Virus record (IMG/VR): IMGVR_UViG_3300034061_004620
From: a virus
Taxonomy: Duplodnaviria > Caudoviricetes
Length of the DNA stretch: 64,000 nucleotides
Strand: one strand, 5' to 3'
Shown: one piece after another, positions 57,147 to 64,000 of the stretch
Position numbering within the stretch: position 1 is the stretch's first letter
Layout: every line of letters starts with the position of its first letter
Notes under the pieces: model-generated
What the model was told of the DNA's origin: nothing
Databases searched by the model: none
Seen by the model: the letters and a program-made list of their open reading frames with translations, nothing else
Position numbers and translations under genes: made by a program

Positions 57147-57511
57147 TGCGTTCTCATGAATTCGACAACAAACAAACTGCTGTTAGATATTTTAGCCGAC
57201 GACCTGAAGTGGTTGGTAAAGTGGATGCAGGCGACTACACTTTTTTCTTAGACGAACACCTATTAGACCAAGCCCAAGACCGGCGAGTAGATGATTTTGT
57301 GCTTACCAAAGTAATACCAAAAATACCACAAGCCAAAGCCAAAATACGTCAACTGGGCGCAGGCCAGCATTTTTGGCTTTACGATAATACCAATCAAATT
57401 GCACTTGGCGTGCAAATATGGCACACAGATTACAAAATTTTTATTATAAGAACCGTATGGAATGGCATGCCCTCAAGCGATGCTAATTATCCAATCTTTA
57501 ATGTTGCATAA
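57146..57511 (+). CDS. Tagged small protein, possibly BECR/DUF4258-like RNase fold
   Basis: MRSHEF; H-x3-Q-x3-R-x-V and C-terminal IIRTVW. Confidence 0.5.
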   Translation: MRSHEFDNKQTAVRYFSRRPEVVGKVDAGDYTFFLDEHLLDQAQDRRVDDFVLTKVIPKIPQAKAKIRQLGAGQHFWLYDNTNQIALGVQIWHTDYKIFIIRTVWNGMPSSDANYPIFNVA

Positions 57512-57549
57512 AAACAACAATTGACTTAAATTCGCCCGTTTGCTATACT
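57502..57549 (+). promoter_or_regulatory. Sigma70 promoter with upstream inverted repeat
   Basis: TGTTGC-N6-ACAACA then TTGACT-17-TATACT. Confidence 0.75.
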
Positions 57550-57579
57550 CTTATTACTGTAACTAATTAGGAGTTAGCA

Positions 57580-57864
57580 ATGTCGCAACTTTCAATCCAG
57601 GATGTTAATTCAGCAATCATGTTTGGTTCGTTTACAAATGAGCAACTGGAAAGCATCACCTGTGCTATCAAGTACCGACGCGGCCAAATTAACCGAGAAA
57701 CCAAACGTGCCTTGATGCTGGGCGATGTTGTTAAATTTACACATCCCAAGACTGGGCGCACTCACCGAGGAAATGTTGTTAAAATTAACATAAAAAACAT
57801 CAAGGTGCGTGAGAATAACACTACCTGGAACGTTCCTGCTAATATGCTAACTGTTGCTGAATAA
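57580..57864 (+). CDS. Early hypothetical protein with SH3-like C-terminus
   Basis: LGDVVKF...GNVVKINIKNIKV...WNVP; SD AGGAG. Confidence 0.75.
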   Translation: MSQLSIQDVNSAIMFGSFTNEQLESITCAIKYRRGQINRETKRALMLGDVVKFTHPKTGRTHRGNVVKINIKNIKVRENNTTWNVPANMLTVAE

Positions 57865-57965
57865 GCAACAATGTTGCAAAAAAAGCAACATTTTATTTTG
57901 GTAGACCATAAAGACCCATTTTGCTATACTATTGGTATAGTAACTAATAAGGAGCGTAATAAATG
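57852..57965 (+). repeat. Early promoter/RBS cassette, copy B, with tandem palindromic operators
   Basis: Two TGTTGC-N7-GCAACA (57852, 57872); TAGACC-17-TATACT; GGTATAGTAACTAATAAGGAGCGTAA. Confidence 0.85.
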
Positions 57966-58262
57966 AGCAAGCTTACCGAATACACTTTTGAAATCTTCAA
58001 AGCCGACAAGCGTATCAAAAAAGATGAACGCTATGGTCGCAACAAGATGGGTCTGCGTTTTGTGGAAGTCAAAGACTTCGCACCACTTACTCGCAGTCAT
58101 GCAGAAGTATTAGCCGACGGCATCCGTAAAGAAGGCCTGGTTGTTCATGTGTATGAAACTTTTGTCACCCGCAAGAACATGATGTCGGGCAAAGAGTACC
58201 AGGAGCGTTATGACACTCCGTACTACTGCTCGCCCAGTTCCGAATCTTACTTTAGCATGTAA
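57963..58262 (+). CDS. Early hypothetical protein
   Basis: First ORF after cassette B. Confidence 0.75.
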   Translation: MSKLTEYTFEIFKADKRIKKDERYGRNKMGLRFVEVKDFAPLTRSHAEVLADGIRKEGLVVHVYETFVTRKNMMSGKEYQERYDTPYYCSPSSESYFSM

Positions 58263-58279
58263 TTGTCAAGGAGACAGCA

Positions 58280-58423
58280 ATGACCAAATTTGAAAAACAA
58301 GTTAGACAATTGGCCCAAGTAGTGGGCGACCCTGAGGGCAAGTTAGAAGAAACTGTAGATTACATTGCCTGTGAAATGCAGGTATCGCTGAGTGACGTGC
58401 GTCGAGTATTCAAGGAGAAATAA
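58280..58423 (+). CDS. 47-aa hypothetical (not in ORF track)
   Basis: MTKFEKQVRQLAQ...; SD AAGGAG. Confidence 0.6.
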   Translation: MTKFEKQVRQLAQVVGDPEGKLEETVDYIACEMQVSLSDVRRVFKEK

Positions 58424-58424
58424 A

Positions 58425-58601
58425 ATGGAAATTTCTTGTGCGAATGTTCCTGGTGGTTGGCAGACCGTAGTATATACTGCCGATGGCGGAGAATACTCGT
58501 TTGGTCCTGTATACAATCGTGTAACGGACTTATGGACCTGGCAGCGGGCTAACTTGTTTGATGTAGCCCAGGGTTATCGTTTAATGAAGGAGGCAGCGTG
58601 A
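58425..58601 (+). CDS. Hypothetical protein
   Basis: MEISCANVPGGWQ...; SD AAGGAG. Confidence 0.65.
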   Translation: MEISCANVPGGWQTVVYTADGGEYSFGPVYNRVTDLWTWQRANLFDVAQGYRLMKEAA

Positions 58602-58828
58602 TGATAGATTCCACTCTAATTGCTGAAAAATTTACTCGCCACGGTGGTGCATTTGATCGTGGCAGCGCCGATAGCTATTATGGCCGCGGTCCTCGCCCGC
58701 ATTACTTTGTGGGTGGTACATATCAAAGTGCCGAGATTGTGGCTGAAGAAGGTACCCCCGAATATGAAGCTTATATGATGGGATACGAATACAATGAGAC
58801 GCATGGCGACAAGAAGGATTGGGGTTAA
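58598..58828 (+). CDS. Hypothetical protein (GxADxYY type)
   Basis: FDRGSADSYYGR..PHY, Y..GY. Confidence 0.7.
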   Translation: MMIDSTLIAEKFTRHGGAFDRGSADSYYGRGPRPHYFVGGTYQSAEIVAEEGTPEYEAYMMGYEYNETHGDKKDWG

Positions 58829-58982
58829 TTATGCCTAAACAATTTTTACGAAATATAATTGACGCTATTCCTACACCCACTCCTGAACAAGGAGATTGTG
58901 CAGTCAATTTGATGTTGGCTTTTGTGTCAGGGTTTATTTTTGCTATATTGGTATTTGGACATTAATTGTAAAGGAAACTGAC

Positions 58983-59324
58983 ATGGATTTTACTCAAGAC
59001 CAAATCAACGATATTGTACGTGAAGCAAGAGATGCTGCCTATGCGGCTTCGGATGAATTCTTCCGTGTGAAATTGGGCGGTGTGGATCAGTATGCGTGTG
59101 GCTTTGCTTGGACCAATATTTACAAGGTCAAAGGCAATAGCAAATTGGGACGTATGCTGAAGGCAGCTGGCATTCGTCAAGACTACAACCGCACATTCCA
59201 ACTTTGGAATCCAGCCGGTTATCCGGTGCAGAACATTGACACCTTGGAAACCGGTGCCAGGGCTGCGGCTGATGTGTTTCGTAAATACGGCTTCGATGCA
59301 TACGCAGGGTCAAGGTTGGATTGA
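58983..59324 (+). CDS. Hypothetical protein
   Basis: MDFTQDQ...CGFAW...SRLD; SD AAGGA. Confidence 0.75.
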   Translation: MDFTQDQINDIVREARDAAYAASDEFFRVKLGGVDQYACGFAWTNIYKVKGNSKLGRMLKAAGIRQDYNRTFQLWNPAGYPVQNIDTLETGARAAADVFRKYGFDAYAGSRLD

Positions 59325-59557
59325 TGTCTGAACTGATTCAACAGTTAGCAGATCAAGCACGAGCAGAGGTGCCCAAAGGCATCCTTGCTCCGGATCTCTG
59401 GATTGAGCAGTATAATCTAATTTTAGGTAGACTAATAATAGACGAATGCGTTAAAGTTATGCATGAGCAAGAAAGAATTCCAGCAGGATTCTTGTATGCC
59501 AAAAGTGCAGAAACGCACAAGTTAGCGATACAACAACATTTTGGAGTTGATGAATGA
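59321..59557 (+). CDS. Small helical paralogue (LADQA family) copy 1
   Basis: LADQA...LIIDEC...HFGV. Confidence 0.7.
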   Translation: MMSELIQQLADQARAEVPKGILAPDLWIEQYNLILGRLIIDECVKVMHEQERIPAGFLYAKSAETHKLAIQQHFGVDE

Positions 59558-59769
59558 TTTATGCTTTGATTTTGATTACAGCCGCCGGTGTACCTCAGCC
59601 ACCTGTTGGGTTCTATCCAAGCAAGACTGAGTGTCAAGAAACAGCCAAAGAACTTGCTACCAAAGAATACCGGGCAGTCTGTGTTAGGCAGCAGTCGCAA
59701 GAAGAAAGTATGGCTCAAGCACAGAACATGATGAAAAGTTTTATGCAGCTGATTCCGGCTCAAAAATAA
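59554..59769 (+). CDS. Small two-Cys protein, family copy 3
   Basis: YALILI...YPSKTEC...AVC. Confidence 0.65.
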   Translation: MIYALILITAAGVPQPPVGFYPSKTECQETAKELATKEYRAVCVRQQSQEESMAQAQNMMKSFMQLIPAQK

Positions 59770-59780
59770 CAGGAGGCCAT

Positions 59781-59984
59781 ATGGGTTATACTGTGTTAGG
59801 TGAACGCGATGCACGTTGGCAACCACGCAAGGGTTTGGAAGGTCCTTTCTTTTATGCCAATGGTCGTGTGCTGTACTATGATCCCAAAGAAGGTCAATAC
59901 TATGACCCTTTAACAGACTATTATGTGGAGCAGGATGAGATCAACGAACTCCACGCTCACCTTGCCAGGATGCTGTCACGATAA
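59781..59984 (+). CDS. Hypothetical protein
   Basis: GLEGPF...LYYDPKEGQYYDP; SD GGAGG. Confidence 0.75.
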   Translation: MGYTVLGERDARWQPRKGLEGPFFYANGRVLYYDPKEGQYYDPLTDYYVEQDEINELHAHLARMLSR

Positions 59985-60169
59985 TGACTGCCTTTTATAT
60001 TTTATTTCTCGCGTTCCATTTCTTTATGAGTGGCATGCTGACCAGTGCTATACTTACAAATCGTGCGGAACACAAACCTAACCCGTTGCGATTGTATGTG
60101 GTTGCTGTATTGTGTTTTTTGTTTGGACTTTACTTTACAATAGCATTGATAGGATATAGCTCACTGTGA
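59984..60169 (+). CDS. 2-TM membrane protein
   Basis: Two hydrophobic helices; TAATG coupling. Confidence 0.65.
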   Translation: MTAFYILFLAFHFFMSGMLTSAILTNRAEHKPNPLRLYVVAVLCFLFGLYFTIALIGYSSL

Positions 60170-60429
60170 ATAAGCGATATTATAATAATGATAGCACCGT
60201 TATCTCTCGTTTGGCTGACCAGGCTCATGAAACAAGTTGCTTGATTTATGACGAAAGACTTAAAAAAGAACGAGCTGATGCGGTTATCTTTTATGATATT
60301 TTCAATCAAAAGTTCGCCGAGTTGATTGTTAAAGAATGTTTGGAATGGTGTGATGCTCATGCTACGATTAATGGAACGGCACAGCAGATCCGTGATTCTA
60401 TAAAGAACCATTTTGGAGTTGAATCATAG
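60166..60429 (+). CDS. Small helical paralogue (LADQA family) copy 2
   Basis: LADQA...FAELIVKEC...HFGV. Confidence 0.7.
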   Translation: MNKRYYNNDSTVISRLADQAHETSCLIYDERLKKERADAVIFYDIFNQKFAELIVKECLEWCDAHATINGTAQQIRDSIKNHFGVES

Positions 60430-60587
60430 ACATTTGGATTTTAGTTTTAATTACCGCTATTGCACCAAATAAGATATTGTATGATCCTTATTTGGAAACT
60501 GTCAGCGAACAGGCGTGTCTCAAGCAAGCAGAATTCGTTAGACAAAGACAACCCGAAGCTCGAACTTTTTGTGTAAAGAAACGATAA
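60426..60587 (+). CDS. Small two-Cys protein, family copy 4, without canonical start (ATA start or pseudogene)
   Basis: (I)DIWILVLI...EQAC...TFC* fills the gap exactly and is TAATG-coupled to pal. Confidence 0.4.
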   Translation: MDIWILVLITAIAPNKILYDPYLETVSEQACLKQAEFVRQRQPEARTFCVKKR

Positions 60588-61138
60588 TGAATATAAAAAT
60601 AATTGCACTATCTTTTTTACTTGCTGCTTGCTCCTCTACCAGCTTGCAAGATACACCGACCAAAGATCCGCCTACGATCGATAACAGAACAAAACAAAAC
60701 ACCAATGGCACCCGTAATACAGATGTAATTGTAAATGCCAATCCTGAACCTGTTGTTGAAGTTCGTAAAAACAAGATCCCAGATAGGGCGGATCCCAACA
60801 CCTTATTTCAAGAAAGTTCAATATATTTTGATTTGGACGAATACACTGTTAAAGAATCGTTTATACCTTTACTAAAACAACATGCAGAGTTCTTGATAAA
60901 AAATCCCAACGAATTTGTATTCATACAAGGACACACTGACGAACGCGGCGGCACTGAATACAACTTGGCACTGGGACAACGGCGAGCCAATGCAGTCAAA
61001 ATGGCTTTGTCAAGACTGGGTGTAAGCGATCAACAGATGGAAGCATTTTCGTATGGTAGTACCAAACCTCGAGCTGCGGGCAGTACCGAAGAGGCCTGGG
61101 CTGAGAATCGTCGTGTGGACTTAGATTACAGGAACTAA
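60587..61138 (+). CDS. pal: Peptidoglycan-associated lipoprotein Pal (OmpA-like domain)
   Basis: Lipobox LAAC; IYFD, GHTDERG, YNLALGQRRANAVK, AENRR. Confidence 0.9.
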   Translation: MNIKIIALSFLLAACSSTSLQDTPTKDPPTIDNRTKQNTNGTRNTDVIVNANPEPVVEVRKNKIPDRADPNTLFQESSIYFDLDEYTVKESFIPLLKQHAEFLIKNPNEFVFIQGHTDERGGTEYNLALGQRRANAVKMALSRLGVSDQQMEAFSYGSTKPRAAGSTEEAWAENRRVDLDYRN

Positions 61139-61141
61139 ATT

Positions 61142-61399
61142 ATGACAGACCCTTTCAAAGACATAGCCGATCAAGCGCACTTCAACATCTACCACAGCAA
61201 CTTGTGGAATGGTACGGGTCGTAGATTTGCTGAAATGATTGTGGAACGATGCGCCAGCATGTGTGGCAGTCAGGCCGACCGCAAAAATCTTCGCCAGGCA
61301 TTTGGTCTGCCTGTGGAGAGTGATGTCAAGTACCCAGGTCCTGATGCACATTGGAGTATTACGTCGCAGTATGACAGAGACTACAACTTACCCAAGTAA
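61142..61399 (+). CDS. Small helical paralogue (LADQA family) copy 3
   Basis: IADQA...FAEMIVERC...AFGL. Confidence 0.65.
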   Translation: MTDPFKDIADQAHFNIYHSNLWNGTGRRFAEMIVERCASMCGSQADRKNLRQAFGLPVESDVKYPGPDAHWSITSQYDRDYNLPK

Positions 61400-61800
61400 T
61401 GCTACCAGAAAAATACAAAGAAGATCTCGTAGGTGCCGGCATTGGTTTTATGCAGACCATTGCCGAAATCTATGGCGCCGATAAAGGAATGGAACTTTGG
61501 ATCACAATAGCCGACACCATCGATCCCGAGCTTAAAGGTGCTGTGTTCATGGCCATGTTGACCGGCAACTATCGCAGAGACAAGATACATGTGAAGAATC
61601 CGTTTGTGAGCAAGATAGGAGACAAAATTGCTGTAATCAAGTGCATTCGTACCTACGATCGAAGACGACTCGGACTCAAAGAAGCCAAAGATATTGCGGA
61701 TAGATTGGATATGGCTGGTTCTGAAATCCTGGAAGTTGATCCTAATATTAGACCTACTTTTGCTGTAGAATTACGCAAGTTAGGGCTGGTTGCTAATTAA
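61399..61800 (+). CDS. Protein with ribosomal L7/L12 C-terminal-domain-like module
   Basis: KIAVIKCIR....LGLKEAKDIAD matches bL12 KVAVIKAVR...GLGLKEAKDLVE. Confidence 0.7.
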   Translation: MLPEKYKEDLVGAGIGFMQTIAEIYGADKGMELWITIADTIDPELKGAVFMAMLTGNYRRDKIHVKNPFVSKIGDKIAVIKCIRTYDRRRLGLKEAKDIADRLDMAGSEILEVDPNIRPTFAVELRKLGLVAN

Positions 61801-61898
61801 GCAACTTATGTTACTTTTTTGCAACATTTTATTTTGGTAGACCATAATTCGCCATTTTGCTATAATATTGGTATAGTAATTAATTAGGAGAATAAATG
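61789..61898 (+). repeat. Early promoter/RBS cassette, copy C, with tandem operators
   Basis: GTTGC-N7-GCAAC (61789), TGTTAC-N6-GCAACA (61809); TAGACC-17-TATAAT; GGTATAGTAATTAATTAGGAG. Confidence 0.85.
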
Positions 61899-62183
61899 GA
61901 AAAACACACTTGTCCGGAATGCAATGGCACTACCCGTAAGCCCTATAATCTAAATCCAAGTTGGAAGCGGGTCATTGCTGGTTATGATGAGGCCACAGAC
62001 ACCTTGCCCTGCACCAATTGCGGTGGGCAGTATATGTTCGGTCGTCCTACGGGTCAAGTCCAGCTGAACAAAGAAGGTCAACCTTGTACGCACGTCTACA
62101 AGGGTCGTAACGCAGGCCGCTGTGTAACTGAATACACCTGCGAACATTGTAGTGACAGATATCAAATTGACTCAGGAGATTAA
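61896..62183 (+). CDS. Zinc-finger protein
   Basis: CPECNG, CTNCGG, CTH...C...CEHC. Confidence 0.75.
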   Translation: MEKHTCPECNGTTRKPYNLNPSWKRVIAGYDEATDTLPCTNCGGQYMFGRPTGQVQLNKEGQPCTHVYKGRNAGRCVTEYTCEHCSDRYQIDSGD

Positions 62184-62184
62184 T

Positions 62185-62385
62185 ATGGGATATTTTAAAG
62201 ATTTGGAAATTGAAATTCGTGAAATGGATTTCAAAGGCTACACACCGCAACGGATTGCTGATGCTGTGGGTTTGAGTGTGGCTCAGATTGTTGAGCTGCT
62301 CGAAAGCGACTTTGACGAGGATCCACAGGAGTATGCGGAGCAGGCAGCAGATCTTGATGCTAATTTTTATGGGAATATACAATGA
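62185..62385 (+). CDS. Acidic protein with possible HTH
   Basis: YTPQRIADAVGLSVAQIVELL; SD AGGAG. Confidence 0.65.
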   Translation: MGYFKDLEIEIREMDFKGYTPQRIADAVGLSVAQIVELLESDFDEDPQEYAEQAADLDANFYGNIQ

Positions 62386-62549
62386 CGAAAGAAGATTACG
62401 AAAAGGCTATAGCAGAGTTTCTTGCTAATGGTGGCGAAATCCAACAAATTCCTACAGGCAAAAGCTCCCCAGATGCGGGTGCAAGTGCATGGGGTCGTCC
62501 CCAAGCCAAACCCAAAGACATCACTGACATTAACGTGGACGAATTATGA
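62382..62549 (+). CDS. SutA-like 55-aa protein (not in ORF track)
   Basis: AIAEFLANGGEIQQI resembles SutA EFLxxGGxVQ motif. Confidence 0.55.
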   Translation: MTKEDYEKAIAEFLANGGEIQQIPTGKSSPDAGASAWGRPQAKPKDITDINVDEL

Positions 62550-62713
62550 ACCGACTCGAAATACTTGCCAATGAATTAGCTTTGCTGAGCAACCAAAGCA
62601 TGATGGAACTTGCCCAGATCTTGGTTGCAGATTACCCAACAAGAGCTGATGTACTTGAAACTCAATTAGGCGCAGCATTTTTTTACAATGACAAGGAGAC
62701 TGTGAATGAGTAA
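62546..62713 (+). CDS. 55-aa hypothetical (not in ORF track)
   Basis: MNRLEILANELALLSN...; ATGA overlap. Confidence 0.55.
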   Translation: MNRLEILANELALLSNQSMMELAQILVADYPTRADVLETQLGAAFFYNDKETVNE

Positions 62714-62870
62714 TTTTCTGATTTCAATTGACTACGATCCGGTTTCGGGTGGATACATGGCATCTTATTTTAATGGCCAAACCGTCATGTTGGGTGCTAC
62801 CACATATCAAGACGCTGTACTCGAAGCCGATATGTTGGAACCTGAAAACTTTGAAGTAGGCTATAACTAA
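62706..62870 (+). CDS. 54-aa hypothetical (not in ORF track)
   Basis: MSNFLISIDYDPVSGGY...; SD AAGGAG. Confidence 0.6.
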   Translation: MSNFLISIDYDPVSGGYMASYFNGQTVMLGATTYQDAVLEADMLEPENFEVGYN

Positions 62871-63097
62871 TGCAGGCGCAACCGGTTACCGGAGATCTTG
62901 GTCCGAAGCAGTTCGAAGCTGTAAACGGACCGATTGACTCAAATGAACCAGAAATGCTAACATTTGAATGTAAAGGATGTGGGCAACGGTTTCCGGATAC
63001 TGGATTGTATTTTTATGGTGTCAGTTCTGTTCGTTGCACATGGTGCAGTAAATTTCCAAAGGTAAAAAATGAACGAAAAATCACAACAACTGAATGA
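62870..63097 (+). CDS. Small zinc-finger protein
   Basis: CKGC and CTWC. Confidence 0.6.
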   Translation: MQAQPVTGDLGPKQFEAVNGPIDSNEPEMLTFECKGCGQRFPDTGLYFYGVSSVRCTWCSKFPKVKNERKITTTE

Positions 63098-63236
63098 CGC
63101 TGTAGTACAATTGCATGATATTGCTCGCTTGATTGAACAGAGCATTGGCTCCGGACAATTAAGCATGGACATTCGATCCGCTGCGGATCGTCTTAACGTG
63201 TTAATTAATCCAGTTAAACCGGAGAGTACAAGATGA
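63069..63236 (+). CDS. 55-aa hypothetical (not in ORF track)
   Basis: MNEKSQQLNDAVVQLHDIARLIE... Confidence 0.55.
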   Translation: MNEKSQQLNDAVVQLHDIARLIEQSIGSGQLSMDIRSAADRLNVLINPVKPESTR

Positions 63237-63361
63237 GAACCTTTGTTTACGGAACCATTTTTGGTATCGTTGTAGCAACAATTGGCTTCACGGGCATTGC
63301 TCGTATGCTGGACAAGGCTGTGGTCAAAACCAAAGAGACTGCAACTGAACTGAGTAAATGA
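63233..63361 (+). CDS. 42-aa single-TM peptide (not in ORF track)
   Basis: MRTFVYGTIFGIVVATIGFTGIARMLDK...; SD GGAG. Confidence 0.55.
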   Translation: MRTFVYGTIFGIVVATIGFTGIARMLDKAVVKTKETATELSK

Positions 63362-63390
63362 TTTTGGTTAAATTGCCGACCAAAAACAGG

Positions 63391-63419
63391 TTGACCTGTA
63401 ATTCGAATGGCAATATAAT
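63391..63419 (+). promoter_or_regulatory. Sigma70-type promoter
   Basis: TTGACC-17-TATAAT. Confidence 0.75.
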
Positions 63420-63477
63420 AGTGGTATGGTTACAAACAGTAATCTAAATTTTCAACTTTACTTGTGGAGAGTAACAA

Positions 63478-63795
63478 ATGACTGACAAAACTTTTATGGT
63501 AGGTGGTGTTTCTAAAACTAAAGGCCAATACAAGGTTCGCTTTGCTGGCGACATGACCCGTGTCAAGATTCTTGCCAAGACTGACACTGACATCAACTTG
63601 GTTGAGTTGCCACGTGCAATGACCAAGGGTGAGCTTGTAACACATCTTAAAACTACGGATCTGTACAAGAATCCTGAGTTTGCTGCTGCAATTGATGCAG
63701 CCGATACCAAGTACAATGCTGCTGGCACTGTCAAGGTTAAAGGTGCCAAGCCAAGTATGGAGGCTATCAAAGCTCGTACCAAACAGCCAGCCTGA
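63478..63795 (+). CDS. Hypothetical protein (own promoter and terminator)
   Basis: SD GGAG; monocistronic unit. Confidence 0.75.
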   Translation: MTDKTFMVGGVSKTKGQYKVRFAGDMTRVKILAKTDTDINLVELPRAMTKGELVTHLKTTDLYKNPEFAAAIDAADTKYNAAGTVKVKGAKPSMEAIKARTKQPA

Positions 63796-63813
63796 GCAAT
63801 TTAAATGTAACAC

Positions 63814-63836
63814 AGCCCGCTTCGGCGGGCTTTTTT
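63814..63836 (+). terminator. Intrinsic terminator
   Basis: AGCCCGC-TTCG-GCGGGC plus T6; CTAAATA follows at 63838. Confidence 0.9.
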
Positions 63837-63848
63837 ACTAAATAGGAT

Positions 63849-63977
63849 ATGGACGAGATAAACCGTTTATATTTTATTGTTGGCTTCTTGTTGGGCGTTT
63901 TACTTATTGGCAGTTTATCAATTGCATTTGGTTTGATTTATTATGAATGGATCAAACCAAATAAAGACGACGAATAA
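63849..63977 (+). CDS. 42-aa single-TM peptide (not in ORF track)
   Basis: MDEINRLYFIVGFLLGVLLIGSL...; ATG 5 nt after CTAAATA. Confidence 0.5.
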   Translation: MDEINRLYFIVGFLLGVLLIGSLSIAFGLIYYEWIKPNKDDE

Positions 63978-64000
63978 ATTCCAAATTGTTTTCATACTAT

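Noticed and set aside
329-63782. The many short minus-strand and alternative-frame ORFs in the track (e.g. 15753-16388, 23877-24398, 44769-45215)
   Set aside because: They lie antisense to or within well-supported genes and lack RBSs and motifs, so are treated as shadow ORFs
1-64000. tRNA, rRNA, CRISPR arrays, integrase/transposase
   Set aside because: No cloverleaf/T-loop signatures, regularly spaced repeats or recombinase motifs were seen by eye; tRNAscan and CRISPR finders were not run

Overview
This window is part of a large T4-like (myovirus-type) phage genome. It is AT-rich, gene-dense and almost entirely on the + strand, with no tRNA, rRNA, CRISPR array or integrase detected. The host is probably a proteobacterium, most likely beta-type; this is inferred from IscU/IscA, Pal, ClpS, phasin-like and entericidin-like genes and from sigma70 promoters. 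Recognisable genes: iscU, iscA, B12-type and SPASM-type radical SAM enzymes, a PD-(D/E)XK exonuclease, class Ia nrdA/nrdB, glutaredoxin, PAAR, a SleB-type wall hydrolase, rpsU (bS21), Hsp20, clpS, a cytidylyltransferase, a DEDDh exonuclease, an S11 D-Ala-D-Ala peptidase, a UDP-sugar dehydrogenase, a 2OG-Fe(II) oxygenase, an amidinotransferase, uvsE, a HAD nucleotidase, an amidoligase and pal. The most interesting unexplained patterns are: (1) a block of late genes sharing an N-terminal M-R-x-x-[ED]-[FL] tag resembling the T4 capsid-targeting sequence, fused to enzyme domains, suggesting head-packaged injected effectors; (2) a translation/transcription take-over kit (bS21, ArfA-like, L7/L12-CTD-like, SutA-like) alongside many apparently leaderless late genes; (3) a sugar/guanidino/radical-SAM biosynthetic-like cluster and three paralogous GT-like genes; (4) a ubiquitin-fold protein; (5) a tandem family of small paralogues; and (6) several cis-regulatory designs (repeated operator-promoter cassette, PhaR-like box, ROSE-like thermometer, promoter-dependent RBS switch). 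All family calls come from motif recognition by eye; no database search was run.
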